From: Octopus vulgaris
Taxonomy: Eukaryota
Reading direction: 5' to 3'
NCBI GenBank assembly: GCA_951406725.2
Contig: OX597821.1
Coordinates: forward strand, 22,754,001 to 22,818,000
DNA: 64,000 bases
Within the stretch, counting starts at the first letter, position 1. Every line of letters starts with the position of its first letter. The notes beneath the pieces were generated by a model. It saw only the letters and a program-made list of their open reading frames with translations. It was not told the origin of the DNA and did not search any database. Positions 52,789-64,000 of the stretch are shown piece after piece. A program made the translations under genes and the position numbers.

Positions 52789-53847
52789 CCCTTTCGTTAC
52801 TATATTTCTGACCAAAATACACCCCTTGTGTTTCAATTAATTTCTTACATAATCATAAATTTAGTCTGGTTTCATTAAACAATTATAACTTTTTTATTTA
52901 TCAATATATTCACGTGAATTTTGGAAAATAATTTAATGAAATGTTCTCAACCAATTCTATACTATAATTTTTGTCACAAAGTGACTCTAATTGCAGGTAG
53001 ATACAGGTAAATTCAACAAAATATAAAATTATTAAAATTTTGTTCAAACATCGCTATAGAAAATGGGTAATATTCAATTGGGTATACAACAAAATTTTAC
53101 GATAGAATTTGTTATTCTGGGTAACTTTCTGATACCCATATTTATGGCAAAATAGTCTTAATTCCATTTAAGGTTGTGGGAAACCACTAACTATCCTTTC
53201 TTTCGTTTTGTTTACATTTAGCGTAACGGTTCGTTTCCGCCGTAATGATTTCAAATAGGCTCATTCGAAAAAGTAAAAAGAAATAGTCTAAGGCTTTACT
53301 CTCCTGGGAAAGTCTGTGGCTTGGTCCAGTTTCTTCAGAAAAATCACCGAAAGTAACAGTTTTTAAATTTTCACTCCATTCAGGTGCCAATTCATTTTCT
53401 TTACTGCTGTCGGAGCTCTCGGATTCACTGTTTTCACTTTCGGAAAATGAAACATCAGATTCATTATCAAATACCACGTGCTTTTTTTTTCAGTCATAGA
53501 GTTAGATTTATCAAGGTCTTCAGTAGAAAATCCTTCGAATTCTGACTCGCTGCTTGATATAATGAAATTCGTATCCATTTTTTGTCAGAATTACAAATTT
53601 TGAAAACACAATAGGAACAAATTTTGGAAAAAAATCTCCCAAAATTCACGGAATTAAAATTACACTTCGATTTTTGTACAAAACAGTAGTTGAACTCTTT
53701 ACAAAGTATAATACATGTTTTCACGAATGTACTAAAGAGATTTGCTCTGATATTCTCATTTAAATATGAATAGGTAAATTCGGGCGGCTTTGGGCGGTTT
53801 GGTCACATTAACCAAAATTTTTTGGGGGCGGTTTGGTAACGAAAGGG
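52789..53847 (-). mobile_element. Internally deleted piggyBac element
   Basis: TTAA TSDs (52785-88, 53848-51); TIRs ccctttcgttac/gtaacgaaaggg; acidic N-terminal transposase remnant LDYFFLLF...ITAETNRYA at 53187-53578. Confidence 0.88.
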
Positions 53848-54629
53848 TTAAGCATGAAAATGTGGTTTACTGTGAAATTAATTCCTATGAAATTATCTCC
53901 CTTCTTTGAGCATTGTCAATAACTGCCACTTAGATGTTTTGTTTTCCTTCTCCAGCTAAGAGGAAAATCTCAATTCATTTAGAGTTATTTTGTGTTCATC
54001 ACTCAGTCAATCGCCACCTAGCTGGCTCGTCGAGCAGTTAAGGTTTGCAGGAAGGGTATTTACTATGTAAAATCATATAAAGCAACCTAAAATTGTTTAA
54101 AGATAATAAGGTAATCCAAAATAGATAGTAATGATGATGATGATGATGATGATGAGGAATATTTCTCAGACAAGAGAAGACAGAAAAAGTAAAGTTATTT
54201 ACTTCAAGATTGCATTCTATCTTAATGTGAACACAAGTATCACTAGCATTACTTTATTTATATGTATTTTTAAGGGAATCAGACACATCATGAGATAATT
54301 AATAGGGATATTCTTAAATTAAGTTTTAGTTCTACTCATAATATGTTACATAAATAGAAACTATTAATTTTTGTACTGTTATCCCAATTTGTCTTAATTT
54401 CACAAATTACCCATTAAACAATTTAGGTCTTTCAGAATTGATAGCCTGTAGTCCAAAAAATATTTTTCAGTTAACAATCCACTCCCTAAAGACTATACTG
54501 GTTTGACAAAGTACATCTGGCTTTTAACCTTTTGTCTGTCATGTATATCACATGCGATACACAGGACCTATTTCCCTGGCACCCAGGTATCATATATGAT
54601 ATACACTACCAATGTTTTTCAACCACCAG

Positions 54630-55350
54630 AAATTGGGAAATGACATGCTGTACTGCTTGGCATTCATGCAGGAAGCTCCAATATAAACATTTCAGAGTGT
54701 TTGGGTGTCAATCTGAGGACATGTACCAAGAGTGCGATAAAAGTCAAACTTCCAGTCAACATCATGATGTTTGGAGTGATCACTAGTGATAGCAACGTTA
54801 TGCCTCCATTCATCTTCCCACATGGCCTCAGACTCAACACGGAGGCCTACATCAAGTGCCTGCAGGAGGTAGTGTTGCCCCGGGTCAAGAGGGTGGCTAC
54901 TGGAAACTCTGTGTCTAGCAATAGGACGCTGCACCATTCCACACAAGCAGGAGAACCCAGTCATGGTTGTCAGACAATTTCTGTGGCCACATCACCCCTA
55001 ACATCTGGCCACCTAACTCCCCAGACTGTAAAACCCTTGATTATTATATGAGGAGTGCAGTTGAGTGAGAGCTCAACAAAACTCCTTGCAACACCAAAGA
55101 TGAATTGAAGGCAAGGATTATGGTAGCATTCACTAACTTAAACAAAGAGACCATCCAGAAGAGTTACAGGAGATTGCAAAGTTGTCTTGAGGCCATGGTT
55201 GAAGCCAATGGCGATTTTATTGAATAAATTTATTCTTTAGTATTTCAAGATATTTTTATGTAATTTTGGTAAATATATCTGTTAAAATGAGATGTCGGTG
55301 TTATTTTCACTTTTGCATAATTTAAATGACAGTTTATTCACTGTACCCTA
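54630..55350 (+). pseudogene. DD37D (maT) transposon 3' remnant
   Basis: Same sequence family as 16440-16840, with WPPNSPDCKTLDYY. Confidence 0.75.
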
Positions 55351-55795
55351 TATAGGCACAGGTGTGACTGTGTGGTAAGTAGCTTGCTTATCAATCACAT
55401 GGTTCCAGGTTCAGTCTCACTGCATGGCACATTGGGCAAGAGTCTTCTACTATAGCCTCAGGCTGACCAAAGCCTTGTGAGTGGATTTGGTAGACGGAAA
55501 CTGAAAGAAGCCAATCATGTGTGTGTGTGTGTGTGTTTATGTGTCTGTGTTTGTCCCCCCCACCAGCGTTTGACAACTGATGTTGGTGTGTTTACATCCC
55601 ATAACTTAGCAGTTCAGCAAAAGAGACTGATAGAATAAGTACTAGGCTTACAAAAAATAAGTCCTGGGGTCGATTTGTTTGACTAAAGAAGATGCTCCAG
55701 CATGGCAACAGTCAAATGACTGAAACAAATAAAAGAATAGAAGAATATACATAAAATAATTGATAGGAAAGACAGAGTGTACTGTAAGCTTCCTT

Positions 55796-55916
55796 TAGCA
55801 CAACGATTGTTTCGACTTACATCTGCACTGTCCCCTGCTGGAAGAGGTAATCATATAATGGAATCAAATGCACCCCACAATGCAGAAGAAACCTCATCAG
55901 GTTACATAATATGCTA
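55796..55916 (-). ncRNA. Hammerhead-like motif with intact core and long stem II
   Basis: ac-CUGAUGA-G...UCUGCAUUGU...ACAGUGCAGA...C-GAAAC-aauc-GUU-gu. Confidence 0.5.
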
Positions 55917-56055
55917 CAGTGTTATATGTATATTTCACTATTGTATGTGGCAGGACGGCATTGGTATGATGCATGCATTGCAAACTTTTATCAAGGCTTC
56001 AGAATCTTTACAAAACTGTTACTCAAAAGTTCTCATTTGTCAGTCATATGTGATG

Positions 56056-56106
<51 letters not shown>

Positions 56107-56375
56107 AATAGTAGTGGTATGACAACAACAGAATGAATGAGACCTCGATATTATGTAAATAGAGGAATTTATCTGTAATATAATATGAGACAATTATTCG
56201 GTTGTCGGGGTGGAAACCTGCTCCAGCATCTCGTCAGTTATTAAGACAATCACTGTCTTAATAACTGACGAAATGCCGGAGCAGATTTCTGCCCCAGCAT
56301 CAGAAACTCAGAGTTTTATCACAACAACCGAATAATTGTCACATATTATATTATCGAGGTCTCATATTCTGTTGT

Positions 56376-56409
<34 letters not shown>

Positions 56410-56939
56410 ACTGCTATTTCTAAATTGTATGTGTGGCAACTAGTTGCTAAACCCTTTATTGCTATATATATATATATATATATACATGTGAGTGTGTGTG
56501 TGAGAGAGAGAGTGTGTAAGTTTGTTAGATTTACTTCATCCATTTGTTTAAAATTGAAAATTATTTAAATGTAAAAACTCAGAATTCAGAGTCACATTTG
56601 GTGAAATATTCATTTTCCGCATGAAAAGTCAACTGTTTTATCCACCATGGAACAATGAAAGGCAAGTGTAATCAGAACAGGACATTTTTTATTCAACATT
56701 CTACCAAATCTGCCATTTAAACATAAATATAACCATAACTATATGCTAGTACACATGCTGTAACATTATATCATGGAACATGGGTAATGTCACAGTTAAA
56801 GATTACAATAACAGGATGTATGTATGTGTGTGTGCATGTGTGTGTATATGTGTATGGGTGGGCTAGGGGAGTGAATGTATGCATGTCTGTGAATAAGTGT
56901 GTGTGTGTGACTATGCGTGTGAGTGTCTATAAATATGTG

Positions 56940-57230
56940 TATGTGTATTTGAGTATGGGTGGACTATGGGAATGAGTGTGTGTGTGTGTGTGAATGTATG
57001 CATGTGAGTGTGTATATGTGTGTGTTGGTGAGTATAGGTGGACTATGGGAATGAGTGTGTGTGTGTGTGTGTGAATGTATGCATGTGAGTGTGTATATGT
57101 GTGTGTCGGTGAGTATAGGTGGACTATGGGAATGAGTGTGTGTGTGTGTGTGAATGTATGTATGTGAGTGTGTATATATATATGTGTATGTGTGTCTGAG
57201 TATGGGTGGACTATGGAATGAGTGTGTGTG
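56940..57230. repeat. ~75-80-bp tandem repeat, about 4 units
   Basis: Repeated gagtataggtggactatgggaatgagtgtgtg... Confidence 0.8.
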
Positions 57231-57973
57231 TGTGTACATATGGTGGGTGATATAATAGTGAATGTGTGTATGTATGTGTGAAGCGTGAACATATATTTAT
57301 GTATGTGTGTATAGGTGGGGGTAGCTATGGGAGTGAATGTGTGTGTGTTTGTGTGTGTAAACATGTGTGTATATGTGAGCGTATGCATGCGTATGGGTAA
57401 GCTGTGTGTGTGTGTGTGTAAGTGGGGGCTCTGGGAGTTAACGTGTATATGTACATGTGTGTATCTGTCTGTGTGTACATGCATATGAGTTGGCTATAGT
57501 AGTTAGTGTGTGTATATGTATGTGTGTGTGAGTGCATATATGTGTGTGTGGGGGCTATGGGAGTAAGTATGTGTATTGCATGAGGTGTGTGTGTGTTTAT
57601 GGGTGCGGGTGTAGCAGCCCAAATGTGTAGTAGATATTTTTAGACCAATTATCTACCCCTGACTGATATTACAATGAGACAAATGACATTCAAGCTTTAC
57701 TTCTTATTTCTATTTATTGTTTTTATATAAATTGTATTTTCTGATGTCCATGTTGCTGCTGTTGTTGTTGTTGGTGGTGGTGTTTTTATTATTATAACAC
57801 CCCAGGACTCGAAATATATTAAACAAAAAAAACGATGACAATTTGTAGAATCACATCAGTTATTTAATAAACATACACACACACACACACATTAAAGGCA
57901 GTGCTCCAGCATGGCCACGGTCAAATGACTGAAACAAATAAAAGAGTAAAAGAGTACATAAACACCAGCATAT

Positions 57974-58019
<46 letters not shown>

Positions 58020-58366
58020 TTATATATTCACACATACAGTTTCTAATAAACACAAATACAGCTATTTAATAACATAGGTATTAATAAACACATATACAAT
58101 AACATATTCGCATACACAACTATTACTAACACGGATACTGCTTTTTTATAGCACACACACACACACACACATTAATATATTTATACACATAGATAGTATT
58201 AATCCACATAAAGCTATTTAAAAACACACTTATACAAATATAGTCAAACTTTTACATCCATTTATAAACAGACACACATTATTTAACAAACACATACACA
58301 CTAATACATGCACACATACAACCGTTATTAACCTACATAGAGTAGTTAGTAACGCACACACACACG

Positions 58367-58402
<36 letters not shown>

Positions 58403-58506
58403 CTAATAAAGTCACACTTATTCAATGACACACATTAACATAAGTCATACACAACGCACATACAGTAAACCTTTTCATACACACATCTATTACAAACACG
58501 CACACA

Positions 58507-58553
<47 letters not shown>

Positions 58554-58994
58554 ACACACACTAACATATTCAGTATTTCTCCTATTTGGTCAACCCATAT
58601 GACATGAGTGAAATTGGGTTGTGTGCGTGTGTGTTGTGCGTATGTGTATTGCGTGTGTGCATGGTGTGTGTGTGTGTTACTCTCCTTGCCTTGATATCAT
58701 GTGATAGTTGTAAACGAGGGTCACTCTCATATAAGCAGTGTCCTTCTAAGTTTCTTCAAGTGTCTTCTACTATATATATTCAAAACTTCCATTATTTGGT
58801 AATAAAAACCCTGCCTCGCTCTCTCATCCAGTAAATATTATCGCTGATATCCTTCCAGACTCTTTCTATACTAACCTACCTCACACTGCCAATGTTGCTA
58901 CAATACAAACTTCCTGCTTTCCATTTTAAAAGTGATTTGAGTTAAAAACCTTCCATCAAAATTTCATATTAAATTATGTCCTGAATGTTGAGTA

Positions 58995-59660
58995 ATGACC
59001 AAAAGAGTATGATTGCAAATACAAGCAGCAGAAATGGAGTTGGGCTCTCATAACTAAGAGCCCTGCCAAGTCCAAGCCAAGCTGGAGAACCATCAAGAAC
59101 ATCAGATGGTACCATTGTGTTTCCGACAAAGAACTGCAAGCGCACACTTGTCAGCCTGCAGCCTCCCACCTCATAGCTAACACTGTATGCACTGGTACAG
59201 ACATGTTCTCCATTTCCTTCTAGATCATCCTATCAGAGCTTTACTTTCATTCAATGCAGCAACTGTGGGCTAGAAGAGGCCTCGTGGCAGGCCCTGTACC
59301 AGATGGCTAGACCCAGACATGATTGTGGAAGATTTCTAGAGGCTCGACATCACCATGGAAGATGCAGAAGGGCATTACCTGGGATGACTCCAACCCCATC
59401 AAGCAAGAGCATAAAGCAAGCAAAGAGAAGTAGAGATAAGGTTCTTCCAAAAGTTCTCTGGAATAACATAACTCAACAGGGTGCATAGCTCAGAGATCAG
59501 GAGGTGAGGGGGTCACTCCATGTTGAGCCACTACTTCTCTGCATTGAGATATTACAGCTTCAAAATGTTGCAGGAAAGAATTGCAAGACAGATTCTTCAA
59601 ACTGAGCCAACCAGCAGGAAATCTAGGGGCAAAACAAGGATGAGATGATTGGATAATAAG
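58995..59660 (+). mobile_element. Decayed RTE-type LINE 3' remnant
   Basis: VEPLLLCIE.LQL...QERIARQIL..PTSRKSRGKTRMR-like translation. Confidence 0.45.
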
Positions 59661-61120
59661 CATAGGCGCAGGAGTGGCTGTGCGGTAAGTAGCTTGCTAA
59701 CCAACCACATGGTTCCGGGTTCAGTCCCACTGCGCGACACCTTGGGCAAGTATCTTCTGCTATAGCCCCGGGCCGACCAATGCCTTGTGAGACACACACA
59801 TATATATACATATATACGACGGGCTTCTTTCAGTTTCCGTCTACCAAATCCACTCACAAGGCTTTGGTCGGCCCGAGGCTATAGTAGAAGACACTTGCCC
59901 AAGGTTCCACGCAGTGGGACTGAACCCGGAACCATGTGGTTGGTAATAGTAATTTATATTTAAGTATTTTTAAACTGAACAAGAGGACAGAGACAAAAAG
60001 ATGTGACAGAAAAATCAAATGTGAGGTTTTGTGGTTTCACAACTAAGTTGAAGTTGTAATCACACAGCAAAATAGTATGGTTGGTTATATACAAATATAC
60101 ATACATACATGTCTGTGTGTGTGCATATATATGTATATATATGGAGGCGCAATGGCCCAGTGGTTAGGGCAGCGGACTCGCGGTCGTAAGATTGCGGTTT
60201 CGATTCCCAGACCAGGCGTTGTGAGTGTTTATTGAGCGAAAACACCTAAAAGCTTCACGAGGCTCCAGCAGGGATGGTGGTGATCCCTGCTGTACTCTTT
60301 CACCACAACTTTCTCTCACTCTTACTTCCTGTTTCTGTTGTACCTGTATTTCAAAGGGCCGGCCTTGTCACTCTCTGTGTCACGCTGAATATCCCTGAGA
60401 ACTACGTTAAGTACACGTGTCTATGGAGTGCTCAGCCACTTACACGTTAATTTCACGAGCAGGCTGTTCCGTTGATTGGATCAACCAGAACCCTCGTCGT
60501 CGTAACCGACGGAGTGCTTCCATGTCCATATATATATGGTCAGATCGCTCATGGGTACTATTGGTAACATGTATCCCAGTACAAACTGTTGCATGGTCAG
60601 GTTGGCGGTGACTGAACTGGCAACCCCATCAAGCTTGCTTGGTGAGGAGGGTGATTGTTGGACACACTGCAGTACAAAAAATAAGACCTTTCAAAGGGTG
60701 GAAGAGCTCATGAGTAGTCAATGGTCATCCAACAATATGTGTACATGTGGATGTATGCATGTATGTATGTATGTACAGGGACATGGAAATACCTGGCTTG
60801 GCCCACTGGGAGTAGGAGGCTCTTCTGTTGTTGTTACAATATCTCTCAAGGAGAAGGAAACTCTGTGAGGAAACCTGGGAACTGACAATATTTGATGATG
60901 TAAACTAGTTCTTCTTTTCGAGTTTATGTTGTCCCTGTTCAGAGAGTGGGATTGGATTTGTGCAAATCCATCCCCGCTATAAAAATCATCACACACAGGC
61001 ACCGCTTGAAAAGAAAGTAAGACCTGCTGCAAAAATGGCTGGTCATAGCCCTCACATATGTAGGGCTTTCAATCAAGTGACAGCAATACTCAAACACAAG
61101 TTTGTAGCCATCATTACACA

Positions 61121-62433
61121 CAGGGTGTGATGGATAAATTGTCGCCATTTTATATTCATAATTACGTGCATGTGCATTGTTTGTTTTTGATTTTGTTGCT
61201 TACAGAGTATTGTAGAGTCAGTTGGGCAGCATCTGTGAGATAAAGAGCACCATGACACTATTCACTCTGCCAGAAATTTGGAAACGAGATGCTGTACAGC
61301 TTGGCATTTGAACCGGAAGCTCCAATATGAACATTTCAGAGTGTTTGGGTGTCAATTTGAGGACATGTACTGAGAGTGATAAAAATCAAACATCCAGTCG
61401 ACATCATGGTGTTTGGAGTGATCACTAGTGATGGCGACGTTATGCCTCCATTTATCTTCCCACACGGCCTCAACATGGAGGCCTACATCAAGTACTTGGA
61501 GGAGGTAGTGCTTCCCTGAGTCAAGAGGATGGCTACGAGAAGACCCTATGTCTGGCAACAAGTCTCTGCACCATGCTACACAAGTAGGAGAAACCAGTCA
61601 TTGCTATCAGACAATTTCTGCAACCACATCAACACTAACATCCGGCCATCTAACTCCGCAGTGTTGGTTGTAGTAGATGGAGGCATAACGTCACCATTAT
61701 TAGTCATCACTTCAAACACCATGATGTTGAATGGATGTTTGGTTTTTATCATTCTCAGTACATGTTTTGTGGACATGGCAAGCCAACAGTTGTTCTGTAT
61801 GTTCTCCATCTGATCCTGGCAAAAATACTTCTCGTCTGAGAAAACCAAAGCATGTTCGGTTGGAGGGGGATACCTGAGTTTGTTCAAAACCTTTGTAGTG
61901 CAGTCTTTGATCTTGACCCTGATGGTTTGGGATAGAAATTGGCCCCTTTCTCATCTTGTATGAGGAATACCAAATGTCTTCATGCACTACTTGCCTGATA
62001 AGAAACTCAGATACTCCAGTGTTCCTGGTGATGAACCTGATTGAAGGATCATTATCAATCATGGCCTGGATCTCACCAACAAATCCAGGAATTCTTTTCT
62101 TTTCAGAATGATCAGAGTGAGTTTTCCAAGCTGCCGTACCTTCGTAATCACCATTAGACTCATCCGACTCTTTCCAGTTCCTCTGCACTCTCCTCAGATT
62201 GACACACAAACACTCTGAAACATTCGTATTGGGGCTTCTGATGAGAATACCAAGCAGTACAGCATGTCGATTCCAAATTTCTGGCAGAGTGAATTGCATC
62301 ATGGTGCTGTTTTTCTCACAGATGGTGCCCAACAGACCCTACTATGCTGTGTAGTCGACAAAATCAAAAACAAACAATGCACATGCGCAAAATAAAAAAT
62401 ATAAAATGGCGGCAATTTACCCATCATACTCTG
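61121..62433. mobile_element. Two DD37D/maT copies fused in inverted orientation (left +, right -)
   Basis: 5' TIR cagggtgtgatggataaattgtcgccat at 61121 and its inverse ending at 62433; FSDEKYF and VWQQVSAPC motifs. Confidence 0.8.
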
Positions 62434-63193
62434 TATATATAAATATATATAGAAGTGAGTAGACAAATAAAAAAAATTTTATTTAAAAGTTTCATTGCAA
62501 TTGTGATAAGAATTTTGCTTCCCGGCCACGTGTCAAAGATACGCGTGTCTTTACATGGTTGCTCAACTTGCTAGAAATAGCAGCTAAATTTCTCTCAAAT
62601 CAACCCTACTGTCTTACAAAGTGAACACATGTACACCAAAGATTAAGCAGTTCTGGATACACCATCCTTTTTTTTTAAATCAGTGGTTTTCAATCTTTTT
62701 AACTTTGTCATATACCATGGATCAATCACAGGATAATGCTCCACATTTAAATTGCCATTTAACACTGATAATTAATATAGCAAATACAACCATTTAAAAA
62801 CCACTCTTTATCATTTTTGTTTTATCAGACCAGATATGGGGATATGAAGTGTTGTTGTCAATATTTTGCTGTTGCTGTTGGTGATGATGGCAGTGGTGGT
62901 GGTAGTGTTTAAATACTATAGCTATATCAAATAAGGTTAGCAATTACTATTTAGAGCTTGTATCAAAATACACAAAATTTTCATAGGAAGGAAGTGGGGG
63001 AGAGAGAGAGACAGACAGACAGACAGACTGAGAGAAAGAGATGCACAAGCAGAGAGAGACTATTATATGTCAGAGATGTTATTGAAAAGTGTCAATTTTT
63101 TTGCATTGTCATATCAAAGCTGTCTAAAATATGCAACTTTTTTTTTTGGCAAGGAAGGGGTGTGAACGTGTGTGTGTGTGTGTGAATGTGTGA

Positions 63194-63238
<45 letters not shown>

Positions 63239-63279
63239 TGTGTGTGTGTGTGAGTGTGTGTGAATGTGTGAGTGTGTGA

Positions 63280-63310
<31 letters not shown>

Positions 63311-63333
63311 TGTGAATGTGTGAGTGTGTGTGA

Positions 63334-63421
<88 letters not shown>

Positions 63422-64000
63422 TACATCTCCCTTTATATATATTTTTTTTAAATTTCAAAGGAAATTTAATATTTTTATAATTATCATTATGCTTTTTTAA
63501 AAATCAAATTGAATATAAAATATTGATAGAAAGAAAAACAAAAAAAATGAATAATTTTCCCAAGTGAATCTGATTCACTAAAAAACTACTAAATCTTTAA
63601 AAATTCAATATGGACCGTTTCACTATTCACTGAACTTTATTCATTCATTCTGTAATGAATAATGAGTGGTACTGTTTACACAGATAATTAAATTTTTTTT
63701 TTTATTAATTAATCATATGTATTAAATGGTAATCTATTTTAGCAGTGTTATCATGAAATGAATAGCCGCCGAAGTAAGGAATTTAAACATAAAAGACTAG
63801 TTCAAAATTCAGTGACTGTTATTAATATGATGTTTAATTAATTTTACAAATTAGAAATTGAATAAATATAATCTGTTTTGTCTTTTTTTTCTTTTTAACT
63901 TATAATCATCATTCTTTCATAATCGTTTTAACATCTGCTATTTCACACTTGTATGGTTCAGAGACAATTTTTTTGAAACAGATTTTTCTGTAGCTGGATG

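Noticed and set aside
60142-60215. tRNA gene
   Set aside because: The tRNA-like segment is the head of a multi-copy SINE and runs into the SINE body with no acceptor stem or terminator
18046-63458. Numerous YI/CV/HT-rich ORFs
   Set aside because: Translations of (TA)n, (TG)n and (CA)n microsatellites

Overview
AT-rich, microsatellite- and SINE-dense animal genomic DNA. It is most likely Octopus or another cephalopod, inferred from the repeat landscape. The minus strand carries the 5' part of a MAP3K1/MEKK1 orthologue: 11 exons assembled by hand with GT-AG junctions and consistent phases (38473->2622, about 974 codons: SWIM zinc finger, RING/PHD, TOG/ARM-like region, long low-complexity linker). 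The kinase exons must lie beyond the left edge of the window. Introns and the upstream region contain tRNA-derived SINEs, RTE/CR1 LINE remnants, Helitron-like elements, MITEs, a near full-length DD34D mariner, DD37D (maT) fragments and an internally deleted piggyBac. The main unexplained signal is about a dozen type-I hammerhead-ribozyme-like motifs (CUGAnGA...GAAAC...UH) from several unrelated short non-coding repeat families. They are often beside (TA)n tracts, and some sit in near-perfect head-to-head palindromes, resembling Penelope-like terminal repeats or retrozymes. Nearly all other ORFs in the supplied track are microsatellite or SINE artefacts.
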